Origin: Eledone cirrhosa
Taxonomy: Eukaryota
Length of the DNA stretch: 64,000 nt
Direction of reading: 5' to 3'
NCBI GenBank assembly: GCA_964016885.1
Contig: OZ024743.1
Span: 241,118,001 to 241,182,000, forward strand
Both the position numbers and the translations under genes were made by a program. The notes under the pieces are model-generated. The model saw nothing but the letters and a program-made list of their open reading frames with translations. It ran no database searches and had not been told where the DNA came from. Of this stretch, positions 24,200-37,234 are shown in pieces (positions within the stretch are counted from its first letter, which is position 1; every line of letters starts with the position of its first letter).

Positions 24200-25210
24200 T
24201 CTTATATTTAATGCGCATCGGCACAGTAATACTGTGCGCAGCCATGTGTGACTGGATATATGAAGTGTGGTTTTGGGGGATATTTTTTTCTGTTTTCATC
24301 ATTCACATTCGGGTTATTTCTATCTTTAGAAATTTATATTTGGATATATTTTCCATTTCCTTGGTAGATATATTGTCGCCTGTGAGGATTGATACGTCGA
24401 GTAGAAAACATTTTTTTCGTTGTGGTCTTTGACGATAACATCTCGGTAGGCTTTGGTCCCCTGTCTGTGTGTGTTGTCATATCCCAGAAAATGGTTGTTT
24501 TGTCATTCTCAGACAGCTTTTCTGTGTTTGTCTGTGTGTGAGTGTGTGTGTATGTGTATATATATATGTGTGCGTGTGTGTGAGTGTGTGTGTGTGTGCG
24601 CGTGCGTGTGTGTGTGCTATTTGTTTCTGTTGATATTTCATTCATAACTTTGGGATAGCTTCAAGTGTATGTAAATCCTAACTCCTACCATGTTTGTGGT
24701 TATATTCCTTTTTGGTTAAGACTGGGCAACCAGAGATTCTGTATTTAATTGTTTCTACTCTAACTCCACATATTCTGTAGTTACTGTGTTCTGCTTCATT
24801 ATGTACAACTGGTGGTTTCTGGTGAGGAGGCTTTAATCTTGTGCTGCAAATAGAAATCCTTCCGCCTCTGCATTTTATCCAATGCTTGGTAGCCAGGTTA
24901 TGAAGTTTTACTTTTCAACTTCCTTTCTATTCGTTTTTGCGGATATTGGCTAAGTAAGGGATTTTCTCACCGTTTTAACATGGCATGCTGAAGATCTATT
25001 TTCTAGCAAGATTTTATGATTTTCACGATTTCTGTTGTTATGCCTTCTTTTTTTTTATTATTTTTCTCAAATTTATCTGTTAATCCGACTTTTATTTTGA
25101 ATTTGTTGGCATCCTTGAAGACAGAGAACAATGTTTTGTGTTGTTCATGCTTCGAGGCTATTTTTCTTAACTTTCTCTTAACGTTTTTCTTCATCATATA
25201 ATTTTGAAGT
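24200..25210 (-). mobile_element. Old R4/Dong-clade RLE LINE 3' remnant
   Basis: RICGVRVETI..ISGCPVL (decayed CCHC), ENDKTTIFWDM..HTDR, DVSI..KEMEK.SKYKDLEI; split by a (TG)n tract. Confidence 0.75.
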
Positions 25211-25589
25211 CCTTATTATATCCCTATCCATCACCATTAGGCAACACAGCAAACACAATTTCACGCCACAGTCTCTGTTTCCCATTAAGTTTTGTAGATC
25301 ATCCTTGTCAATTCCAGTGTTTTGCTAGTGGTATTTAATAATTCCAGTGGTATTTGAGCTTTCTGTTAGAGGAGATCTCCCACAACAAGAGGTCCGAAAC
25401 CATCTCATCTTTTGCGCGGAAGCAGTAACCAGCAAACCCTGTACGACGTTCAATCAGTTATGTACATACGCTTCTGATTTTCCGTTAAATCTGATATGAA
25501 ACGAACATCCAACACAGAATCAAAGGAAACAGACAATAACGAAATCAATTATTGATCTCTGTCTCCGATTCCCCTTCCTCTGTGCTGGA

Positions 25590-26200
25590 AGATGTTCATA
25601 ATAGAGAGTCCATTGCTAGATCATAAGTCTAGTAAGGCCTCTCCATTCGTATTTAGATAGGGGTCGCCATTCTTTCCAATCACTCCTTTCCATGTCGGTC
25701 GTCAGTACCAATATGTTTGTTGAAGTCTCTCATCAGGATATATGACCCAGTCTTAACTACATCTTGCACCATCCAGCCTAAGCTTCAAGAGGCAAATTTT
25801 CCTTCCTAATGAGATCTAGTCCATAACACATCCTGACAGCTGGGGAATTGTGAGTATCCCCACACATTCCTGTGGTGTCATTTCTGGCGCCACACCTGAA
25901 TAGTGGAGTTTCCATCCGCCATACAAATATAGAGCATCAGAGCCATCGAGCTTTGTTGTGGAAACCCCGACTAATTCTAGCCGGTAGCATCAGGAATCCT
26001 CCCTGCTCCTTACCTTTAAGAATTGTGATGTTCCAGGTTCCAACTGTCAAGGTTTGCTCCTTTATAGACACCCTTTGGGGTCTCGGAATATGCAACCTTT
26101 GTGGTAGAGGGGACTGTTCGAAAAATATATTGCAATCTTTATTTCATGCTGCAAAAACTGGCGATGGCCCTGCGACCTGTTCTGGGAGGCGTGGGATGGA
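25590..26200 (-). mobile_element. RTE-like LINE 5' fragment (5' UTR + start of APE)
   Basis: LTVGTWNITILKGKE; DFNKHIG..TWKGVIGKNG. Confidence 0.65.
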
Positions 26201-26386
26201 CGCACAAAGATAGCGTATGCCGAAAGGGATTCCTCCGAAGGATCTTTGGAGTAATGTTACTCGATAGAGAGTAACGTAACTTGCAAATCAGAGAGTCACT
26301 CCAATTAGAGCCGCTTCTTCTCCAATTGAGAGATCACACTCCGAATCTATGGACATGGAATTATAATTTCTTGAATTTATTTTTTA

Positions 26387-26414
26387 CTAGCAGTGTATCC
26401 CGGCGTTGCACGGG
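26387..26414 (-). mobile_element. Helitron 3' terminus (hairpin + CTAG); the element body extends to higher coordinates
   Basis: Minus strand CCCG-TGCAACGC-CGGG, 8 nt, CTAG followed by T. Confidence 0.65.
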
Positions 26415-27299
26415 TAAGAACATTGGTAATAGCACCTCCAATGAGAAACGTTTATTTGTGAGTGCCTGTTAAAAACTCACGAAAATATACTGACAGGAAA
26501 CTTGTTTTATTTGGAGAAAACTAAGAAGTTGAAAGTAGAGTTTAGATGTCTACGTGCATTAGTCATAGAAATATTGTTGAGCCCCTTCTTTTCATACTCC
26601 TTCTGTGACAGTTGTACCCCGGCGTTTCCGGATACATGGATTTATTTTTTTTTGTTTTGTTTTGTATTTGCTCAAAATGATTATTCGACAGAGTCAGACA
26701 ACGTCTTTTAAACAAAAATGAAAATGAAGACATCTACACAGAAAAGAAAAAGAAAAAACAAACAGAAAAATATTTTACAGCAAGACAGACAATGACAATA
26801 CCGACTGCATAGATTGGAGTGGATTGTCATTGGTTTCGATTATGGATGTTCCAGTTATTCAATCAACACAATAGTCTGCTCCTAAGAATTACGTGTATGT
26901 GACTGAGAATTCCACAGATACGTGTACTCTTAACGTAATTATCAGTGAGATTCAGAGTAACAATGCGTGACAAGACTGACCCTTGGAAATACAGGTAGTG
27001 TCTATAGAACGGGCTTCCAAACAGTTTCTGTCTACAAAGTTTCACTCACAAAGCCCGGATTAACCTCAGACAATGGTAACTGTTCTTACTTAAGATGCCA
27101 TACAGTGGGATCGAATTTGGGGTCTAATGATTGCGAAACGGACTTCCTAGATATTCGACTATGCTACATCTACAGTCAGTAAAGAAAATTCCATATATTG
27201 GAACGAATACAATTGAATATAGGCAATATATTATTTATAAAGAATTATGTCATTGAATAAATCATTGTATATTACTTGTAATTCTATTATTCACAAAGT

Positions 27300-27903
27300 T
27301 AAGGCAAGGTGCGAAGTAGTCGTATCTCGAGGCCGTATTAACGAGTGATGGAAGATAGGAGGCTGAATTAAGAGCAAGAATTGCAGGAGCAGGTACAGTT
27401 ACGCGCCAGCTTCATCATTTGGTAATCAGAAAAAGGGGGGTAGGTGTAAAAGCCAAATTCGCTCTCTTCGATTCGGTATTCGCGACAACACTTAACTATG
27501 GTCATCAATCTTGATCGCGAATACACGCGGCCGAAAAGTGGCTCCTCCGAATGGTTATTGGAGTAACGTTACACGATAGAGTGCGTACCTCGGAGATCAG
27601 AGTCACTCCAGGTAGAGCCTCTCCGAATTCAGAGATCACAGTTCCGATAGTATAGGCATGTGATTAGAATGTCTCAGGAAAGAATCACTGGACATATTTT
27701 ACGGCCAAAACCAACCGACAGGAGACCCAGGGTTAAATTCCGAGCAAGATGATTGGATAACATCCTTGAACCTGGCTGGTTTCGCTAAGGGATCCAACCA
27801 GATAAGTTTGAGACGGTTGCTTCTGACAGGACCCGCTGGAAGGATGGTTTGAGGACTGTGCCCACACGACCCTCTCTGGAATAAGTGGACGAAGACGAAG
27901 ATA
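27300..27903 (+). mobile_element. RTE (Expander-like) LINE 3' end; a related fragment lies at 26205-26360
   Basis: ELRARIAGAG..KAKFALF..TLNYGH..AAEKWLLR..GVTLHDRVR.SEIR..VEPL..HVIRM..RPR; short GAAGAC-repeat tail. Confidence 0.8.
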
Positions 27904-28565
27904 TTACACTCTTAGATAGTGCGCATAATTCATATCTTCACAATATCTTCACAATTGCTTCTGGTTAAGAACAAGGTAGACTAGTCCGGAATTTGAATTA
28001 ATAAACGTTATAATGAACACCAATTTTAATAAATGAAGGATTCCTTGGCTCAGTATATTTAATTTAGTAAAGCGCCCACTTTACTAAATAACTATATTTA
28101 GCAACGTTTCATTTTCATTTCAAACTTCGTTGCTGTTTCACTTCGCACTTTACCTCAACGAGGTCAATAATAGAATTACAAGTAATATACTGTGGTTTAT
28201 TCAATGACAAATAATTCTTCCTAGACAAAAATATCAGCCTTCTTCCTAGCAACAGAAATCAATATTTATCTATTGAGATGTTATATAACAAATCTTGACA
28301 TTCTCATCATTGTGTATATTGAATACAAGATATAATCTAATAAATACAAGATTGAGTTGAGATACTCTCAACATCTTGTCAGTTGATAATTAATACTTGA
28401 AAGTGTGGATAAACGAGTGGATAAGATATCAGACAAGGCACGAAGAAGGCATTATTTTGTTCCTTGTTATTAAAGTGTTCTACGTACGGCAAAGATACAC
28501 AAGTTTCAAATGTACCAATGCACACCTAACTTAATATATGCCACCGAGTATGAACAACTTTGTAA

Positions 28566-28720
28566 GGTGGTGAATTGGCAGAGTTGTTAGAATGTTGGAT
28601 AGAATGCTTTGTGGTATTTGATCCAACCCTCTACGCACTGAGTGTAAATCCCACCGAGATTACCATTGCCTGTCAACCTTTTCAGGTCGATATATAAAGT
28701 GCCAGGTCATACTGGAATAG
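28566..28720 (+). mobile_element. Diverged SINE
   Basis: Recognisable head GGTGAATTGGCAG, B-box remnant and core GCCTGTCAACCTT..GGTCGATA. Confidence 0.7.
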
Positions 28721-29499
28721 ATTCTTTCGCTCTCTCCCTCTTTCCCATTTCCTCTATCTGTTTCTCACTTTCTCTCTCACCTTCTCTTTATATATGAAAT
28801 CGGCTGTGTTCAACCATGAAGAGATAAGAGCTTTGACAGGTTGAATATGCCAAAGATACGCACTTATACAATAACAGCGCACCCTAGACCTCGATAAAGA
28901 GTTAAGGGCCCATACATGCCTGAACAACGTTGCTGTTACAACCAACAATGACAAAGAAAACACAAGTCCATCAAGTTGAGCCCTATTCTGGTTTCACGAA
29001 CCATTAAGTGAGTGAGAGTATAATACTTCCTCCTGTCTGAGGGAGAAATCCACACCAGCTGAATGAAATCAGTTTTTCAAGTCAGTGCACAGGAATAATA
29101 GGAAATGGAGTGTCGTGCTCAGGGGAATAGTATATCGAGACCAACATTCAGACACTAGTCCGCCTGTCTTCATAGTGTAAACATATATAATGGTTTATGA
29201 GGTTTAGCGGGTGAGTTTAACTCCATTTTGACTGTTGAATATCCACTGTAGCTTTAATTGTTACTTAGAAAAAGGTGTAGCCTCAGTGGCCACAGTGAAC
29301 CGTGCTATTCTATCTCGGTTTTGTTACTGGTTATGTGATGCACGTAGTAATATTCTTCTTTTAACCCTTATCTCCTAGGGGCGCCGTAGGGGCACCATAG
29401 TAACATATAGCATTTCTTAGACATTCTTTGAACCTAGCGGAGCCCTTCATCTTTCCAGGTATGGACACAGCCTATTTCTTCTTAGAGAAGGTGTAAGAA

Positions 29500-29551
<52 letters not shown>

Positions 29552-29579
29552 AGAGAGAGAGAGAGAGAGAGAGTGAGAG

Positions 29580-29626
<47 letters not shown>

Positions 29627-29704
29627 GAGAGCGAGAGAGGTGTGTGTGTATGTGAGTGTGATTGAAAAGAAGTAAGAAAGAGATATAGAGGAAGAATCAA
29701 CCTC

Positions 29705-29850
29705 TGTACTAGACTGGTACTCTATTTATCGACCCCAAAATGATGACAGGCAAAGTTAAATTAGGTGGGATATGAACTCAAAGTAAAACGAGCCAGGACA
29801 AATATCACAAAGCATTTAATCTGACGTTCTAACGAATTGGCTAATCGCCT
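29705..29850 (-). mobile_element. Diverged SINE
   Basis: CTGGTACTCTATTTATCGACCCC..GGCAAAGTT..GAACTCA. Confidence 0.7.
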
Positions 29851-30629
29851 CATGTTGTAATATATTGGATTTTAAACACATCATTGTAGAATATCTTAAG
29901 TTAAAATGACCATTCAGCAGGGCGAACTAGCGCGCTGAAGCTACCTAACTGAGTCAAATGGATCCTTCACTGGTCGAGAAGTTGGCGTTGTTGTTGCTGT
30001 TGCTGATGTCATGCAAGTAGCGCTGGTATTTATTGCAACTGTTGTTGTTGTTTTGGTAATAGTTCTATGTCTGTCGCTATTGTTATTGTTACATTTGTGA
30101 TAACAGCGGTGGCATTTCTCGTTGTAATTCTTCCTCTTGTTGTTGTTTTCATGATATTACGGCATATTTCTTGTTGTTGTTGTTGTAATAATATTGCATT
30201 TGTTGTTGTTGTTGTTCTCGTTCTGGTTGTCATAATATTATATTTGTTATTGTTGCTGTTATTACTGCTGTTGTTATAATAACGTTGATGTTGTTGTTGT
30301 TGTTCATGTGATACTATAGTCGTATTTGTAGTTACAGCCATTATTGTTACCACCGTTGTTATGGCAGTCATTGTTAATATTGTTGTTACTGTCGCTGTTG
30401 TTGTTGTTGGACGATAACGACCGTTTATGTCCGGTGATAGAGATCAGGACTCTTTCTTTATGGCTGACATTTTCAACACCTGAAGGAATCATAAGCAATA
30501 AAAGAGATAAAAGCCAGACCATCAAATATTGGCAAGAAACTACGGAAGACGAACGTTGAAGCAATCTTGTCGCTAACAACACGTGCTACACTCTCTGATG
30601 GAGAGTTCGAAAAAGGAATGAAAGAATGA

Positions 30630-30698
<69 letters not shown>

Positions 30699-30926
30699 TG
30701 TATATCTAAGAGGATACTCTATGCATATCGGGAGGGGACCACAGTTAAAAAGAGTACTCAACGTATGGATGTATGGATGGATTGATGGATTGATGGATTG
30801 ATGGATGGAACCGTAACTTGATGGAGTCATGGAGGTGCTGTAGTGGAATATGCTACGGCTTGAATACATTAAACCTGACGGAGCCAATTCTTCTCCAGAT
30901 CTCAACGCAGCCGGTTTTTTCGAGAG

Positions 30927-30991
<65 letters not shown>

Positions 30992-31029
30992 ATCAAAGAG
31001 ATGAAGTGAGAAAGAGATAAAGAAGAGTG

Positions 31030-31190
31030 AGAACCGACCTCAGTACATGGCTGGTACTTTTTATATCCACCTCGGAAGGATGAAAGTCAAAGTTGACCTC
31101 AGCGTGATTTCAACGTAGAACGCACAATACCTAAATGAATTGAGCAATCCATTTCATCTGACGTTTTAAAGATCTGTTCAATTCGCCAAC
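31030..31190 (-). mobile_element. Diverged SINE
   Basis: CTGGTACTTTT..GAAGGATGAAAGTCAAAGTTGACCTC. Confidence 0.65.
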
Positions 31191-32271
31191 TTACGAGCAT
31201 AGTACTTGTTAAAAATGACATGGTGTATAGTAAACAATATATATATTCAATTTAATTATTTCTTGATGACAACATTCTGTAAAGACTCTTGAATCCTCGA
31301 TCCAAATCTCTTTATTCCGTAAACAAAGTACGGACCGGACCGTCACCGTATTGGAGAAGACAGACGTTGTTAAGCGTGCGTATGTATGTATGTATGTATG
31401 TATGTATGTATGTATGTATGTATGTATGTATGTATGTATGTATGTATGTATGTATGTATGTATGTATGTGCGCGTGAGGAATCCCAGCAGAACAAAATCA
31501 AAGCTGTCAAAGGGCGAATGAGCTCCACAGATTCAACGGCCATCCACACCAATTATGGAGCAAATGGCCTCACCAACCTGCAATTGGCTAAGCATGATGA
31601 GTAAGGCCACACCCACGGGAGAGGTTAACCTCCATGACAATAACACGTAGCTGACCTGTTATCTTGCCTTGGATGCGCGGATGGAATGGATGATATGTGT
31701 GTAGCACAAGTACGTAGCATTGCCATCTTTATATGCAGATATTTCTTCCCAACTCCCACTGCGGCGGAGGAGTGGCAACGTGTGCAGACTCGACCAATTA
31801 GAGGCACATAGCCACCGATCTATACTTGGGTGTCTCGAGTCTTATTTTAATGTCACTGCACCGTTAAACTGAACAGCATCATGATTCCGTGGTGTCTGAA
31901 CATCCGTTTTGGAGGGCGCACTCTTCACTCACACCACATGGGAAGGGTTCAGAATAGAACCTAAAGAATGACTGCTCAGTCATCAAACTGGCCAGTAACC
32001 TGCAGTTGACGGTGGTTCATAATAGCAGGGAATTCTTTGAAGAAATAGCCGTCTTCTGTAAAGAAGTGGCAGTTATCATGTATGTATGTATGTATGTATG
32101 TATGTATGTATGTATGTATGTATGTATGTATGTATGTATGTATGTATGTATGTATGTATGTGTGTATGTATGTATGTATGTATGTATGTATGTATGTATG
32201 TGTGTGTGTATGTATGTATGTATGTGTGTATATATGTATGTATGTATGTGTGTATGTATGAATGTATGTAT

Positions 32272-34176
32272 GTTGTTCTGGTTTTATAATTTCACGAAGT
32301 TTTACCAATAGAGAGAGAGTCGGTTTCTAACATAGACACAAGACTCTCTCATTGGAATTTACACATCAACTAGGTAGATATGTATGCATGCATGTGTAGA
32401 TATGGATGTTATTGTATGTGTGGATGTGTATGTTTTGAGTGGTATGTGTGCATGTGTATATGCTTTGCATCTGTACATGTGTATATGCAGTTATTAGATG
32501 CAACATTTTTGGAATGTTTTACATATTTTTACTGTTCCATTAATGGATTGTACTTGTAGTTTCCTAACTAGTTGTGTTCTTTCTGTTCCTGTGAAGCCTA
32601 GCTTCTCAAGATTTGTATTGAGGCAGTTACTAACATACCCTAGTGCCCCAATAATTACAGGCATAAATCTGAAGGTGTAATCAGGGTGGAGTATCTGCAG
32701 ATTTCTCATCAGTTCCGCATAAATATTCTCCTTTTCACTAAACTTTGATATTATATTGGCATCTGCTGGGCAGCTAATTTCCACTACTGTGCATGCTTTC
32801 TTCTCCCTGTCCCATATCATAATATCTGGTCTGTTATGCCTGCATTTTATTGGGGTTTTTACTGGAACATTCCACCAGTACTCTTTCATATTATGTACAT
32901 GGATGTCTTCCACATTGCTGTAGCTTTTAATGTGTTTATTATCGGGGCTATCTTTTTACTAACTGCATTGTACACTGTTTTGGCCACTACATCATGCCTC
33001 ATAGGTAGATAGTACCGCGATGACATCTTTCGACAGCTGCTGATGACATGGGTGATATCCTCGATGTTAGTTCTGCAGAGTCTGCACTTGTTATCACATC
33101 TAGGTGTTTTGCCTGCATCCCTATCTCTTTCGTGAATCAGGTATTTCGTGCTAATCTCCTGTACCTGGATTGCAAAAGCGTATCCTTCAAAGTGGGAGCC
33201 AATATAGCGGTTGTTGGTCCAAGATAGACTACTTTCCTTATCTATATTACTCTCACTCTGGAGCTTCCTGGCAACATATCCATGCATGATTTTTTGCTGA
33301 TAAGCATGCAGTTTTTCATCCATGGATTCACTGCGATACTGTTCTTGGCATAGAGTTTCAGATCGCCTACAAAGAAATTATGGGTTAGGTTCGTATTTCT
33401 GTCCTCCTGTGAGCTAATGATGTATCCCTCACATTTCTTGAGCAGAAAGGACAAGGGGTTTAATGACAAGATGAATAATATCACAGAGAGACTGTCCCCC
33501 TGAAATATACCCCTGCAATATTTTATTTTATCAGTGAAAATAGAGTCCTCCCTCTCTGTCTTTAAACATAGGATAGTAGCCCAAGAAGAAGACAGCCTCT
33601 CTATGGCTCTAACAATAATGTCTGGGACTTTAGCAAGTTGGGTGGCCTCTATCATCCAAGAGTGGGGAACAGAATCAAAAGCTTTCCTGTAGTCCAGCCA
33701 GACTGTAGTCATATTCCTCCTAAGTTGTCGCACCTCCGACATCGCAGTTTTGTTGATTAGCAGTTGTTCAGCACATCCCCAAACCCCTTTCTTTCCTGCT
33801 GCTTGTTCATCTGTGATGATGTTATTATTTTCACAGTGATCTTGGAGGAATAGGTTGAGGCAGGCTTTATATATCTTATACATCAGGTTCTGGCATGCAA
33901 TGGGTCGGTAGTTTTTTGCCAAGTGGGTGTCTTTGTTCTTGGGGCCCAGTAATGTTTGTGCTAATGTCAACCATTCTGGTATAAGTGTATCTCCCTTAAG
34001 AACTTGTTGGTAGAGGTCAGTAAGATACCTCCGATAGAATATCAGTTTTTTTTTTGTACCAGTAGCCGACAATCATGTCTCTTCCTGGTGTTTTCTTACC
34101 TTGGAGTTTTCCTATCACAGTGTCAAGGGTACCCTCACTTATTTCGTATGTTTTTGTTGTAGTGTAGGAGCAATAG
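32272..34176 (-). mobile_element. R4-clade RLE LINE, 5'-truncated and internally deleted, flanked by (TATG)n on both sides
   Basis: RT NYRPIAC, WLDYRKAFDSVPH, GIFQGDSLS, FFVGDLKLY; CRLC..HVISSC, RHD, NRPDI..VEISCP (PD-D/ExK); sequence between the DD motif and MHGY is missing (~33330). Confidence 0.92.
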
Positions 34177-34304
34177 TATGTATGTATGTATGTATGTATG
34201 TATGTATGTATGTATGTATGTATGTATGTATGTGTGTATGTTGTATGCACCTACGTACTATGTATGTACGAATGTATGTATGTATGTGAGCATGTATGTA
34301 TGTA

Positions 34305-34815
34305 TATTTTTCTGGTTTTATTACGTTAGAAATCCCGCCGAGGTTAATTTTGCCTTCCATCCTTATGGGGTCGATAAAATAAAGTACCAGTAATGTTCAG
34401 GCATTGTGCCTGAAGTAGAACAATTATTATTTCAGTTTTTATCATAGAAACTAGACACTTTAATTAGCATGTAGAAAACTTGGTAAATAAGTATGTTGAT
34501 CTGTGTGTGTTTGAGTATGGGTGTTTTTGCATGTGATGTGTTATGTCTACACGTGCATATGGATCTGTATGTTTGCATGTGAGGTTATTACATGCTGATT
34601 TTCTGAAATGTTTTACATATTTTTGCAGTTCAATTAATGGGCTGTACTTGTAACATTATAGCTTTCCGGTTCTGCTCTTTCTGGTTCTGTGACGCCCAGC
34701 CTCTCAACATTTGTACAGAGGCAGTTAGTAATATATCCCAGAGCCCCAATTACCACAGGTTTGAATCTAAAAGTATAGTCATGGTGGAGTATCTGCAGAC
34801 TCCCCATTAGTCCTG
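34305..34815 (-). mobile_element. 3' fragment of a related R4 element carrying a 5'-truncated SINE (34330-34430, +) in its 3' UTR
   Basis: LQILHHDYTFRFKPVVIGALGY..KICKTFQK homologous to 32494-32700; ends in (CATA)n. Confidence 0.8.
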
Positions 34816-34924
34816 CATATATATATATATATAAAATTGAATTTTAATCCCAACATTGTCACTGTTAAACGATAAGTACATAGTACGAGACGCACCAACA
34901 ATATTTTTCTTTTCTTCTGTTACG

Positions 34925-35945
34925 ATGAGTGGGTGGCAAAACCAACAGAGCATGCAGTTCACTTCCGATTGCACGAAACGTCTACGGGGCAGAGTCAACC
35001 TCAAATTAATTGAGGGCGACGTTTCGGCTGCGGTATTTGTGCTGGCCTCGAGTTACACACCAGCCCACACCGGATGTCCTATTAGCGCTTTGCCAGAAGA
35101 ATCCGGACCCCCCCCCCCCCCCGGCTGACATCAGAGACGCCCTATTCTTGACCAGCATCTTTCCCTGGCTGCGTCTAGTTAGGTCGTAGCAGTTGTCCTA
35201 AGATCCTTCCCAGGGAGTGCAGGCCGATTCTCCCGACATGCCGTTCTCTACGACATATTGAGAAGGACCGTGGATGCAGATTGCTTCCCATCACAACTGG
35301 AGCCAGCAGGACTAAACAGCAGAGACGGTAAGCGCCCAGATATATTTACCCTCTTCCAATTGGACACCTCATGCTGTGACACGTTCTCCGCCTCCTACTT
35401 AGTTACTACGGCCATAAACCCTGCTACTGCGGCCCGCTATGCAGAGGACACAAAGACAAGCAAATACCGGAGCTTGTCGCCGGGTCACTTCCTCTTCGCA
35501 CCGGTCACCTTCGAGATCACAGGCGTCCTCTGACCCCGTACTGCCGAGCTCTTCCGCAAGATCGGAACGTCAGCAGCCCGTCTGAGGAAGGAGACCCACG
35601 AGGCGGGGTGGCTGTTGCAGCGGGTATTGCTGGCCATTGTCCACGGGGTGCAGGCGAAACACCTCCGCATAGAGTCCAACACCATCTCCCCTCCCCTCCC
35701 CTCCCCTCCCTTTCTCCCAGAGCCCAAGAGTCTTTGATTTTTTCCTATTTTCCTTTTATTTATGGCATTTATAGTCCTTTCCTCTACTTTTCAATACAGC
35801 CAGATCTGCCCTTCTTCACGCCACCACACTATTTGCATTACTTAATTTTGTTTCTACCTTTCTTTTTCATATTTCCATCATTGTATAACTTCTTTTTGTA
35901 AAATATAGTTGACATAGTATAAATTGAATTAAAAAAAAAAAATTA
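34925..35945 (+). mobile_element. CRE-like RLE non-LTR element, RT-less deletion derivative with poly(A) tail
   Basis: KLIEGDVSAAV, SFPGSAG|RFSRH, LEPAGL..DGKRPD, DTF..AA..AE..K..KY, FAPVTFEITG, LLQRV; A-tail at ~35931-35942. Confidence 0.75.
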
Positions 35946-36813
35946 AAGTCTACCCAGGGTGATTTAAGTCTTTATCTCTCCATGGGACGATGAAAAATGA
36001 ACTGATTAATTATTCCGTCTGTGTTCCACTTAAAAAAAATTGTTTCCTTGCTACGAATGTTAAAAAGGTTAATATTTATATATTTGATTAATGGGCGATT
36101 TTAAATAATATCTTGGTGGTCTAATTATTGTTGTCAGACAGACGAATGATCAAAGCCATTCCAGTATTGATTATCACGAATACATTACCATAATATGTGG
36201 TACTTTTGGGTAATTTAGTTGTTATTTCTAACAGGTCGAACGATCGAGTAATTGCAACACCATTATCTTTTTATGGGGTTGTTGTATGATAGTTATATTT
36301 ATCATTGTTATAATTGATGTTTAGCAACGGATCAGCTCTGAACAAGCAGATCTATGATCAAAAAGCTTTTCTTGTGTGATCACCTTTCGTTTCAATTGAA
36401 CAGATAGAGTCTACCTAAGAACATATTATGCAATGTCTCTTTTGTCTGGCTGCTATTTTTGCCTCTTGAATTGCTATGTAAAGGCTCTCTTGTTTGCACA
36501 CTGTGTTGTTGTTGTTAGAAAACACTATATATTTCACTTGCTAAAATCATAGCTTTAATGAAGTGTTGCATTTTAGTTTCACTTTCAAACATCTATTTAA
36601 CATCAATGTTCCCATTATAGAATAGACGTAAATTTATCGTAAATCTATTGTTATGTTGTTTGTGTGTTATTAACAGAGAATTTTTAAGTTCAGGACAATA
36701 AAATTTATATCATTACTCAAATTTATAAATCTTGCAACACAAAACACACAATAACACTATACGTTTTATACGTGAAACAAGTAAAGACCTAATCAGTAAT
36801 ATATATATATGTA

Positions 36814-36920
<107 letters not shown>

Positions 36921-36937
36921 GTATATGTATATATATG

Positions 36938-37009
<72 letters not shown>

Positions 37010-37148
37010 GAGAGAGAGAGAGAGATTAATCGATTCGATATAAAACGTGTTTTATTAAGGTTGTTTATATGGATTTGGATACTGGAATACAAAAAAAAAA
37101 AAAAAAATTCATAGTCTAACAATATTTAAATATACGCAACAGCATCAT

Positions 37149-37203
37149 ACAGACACACACACACACACACACACACACAGAGGCACACACACACACACAG
37201 AGG

Positions 37204-37234
<31 letters not shown>

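Noticed and set aside
28754-28963. Small host exon or ORF
   Set aside because: Weak splice signals and no recognisable protein motif
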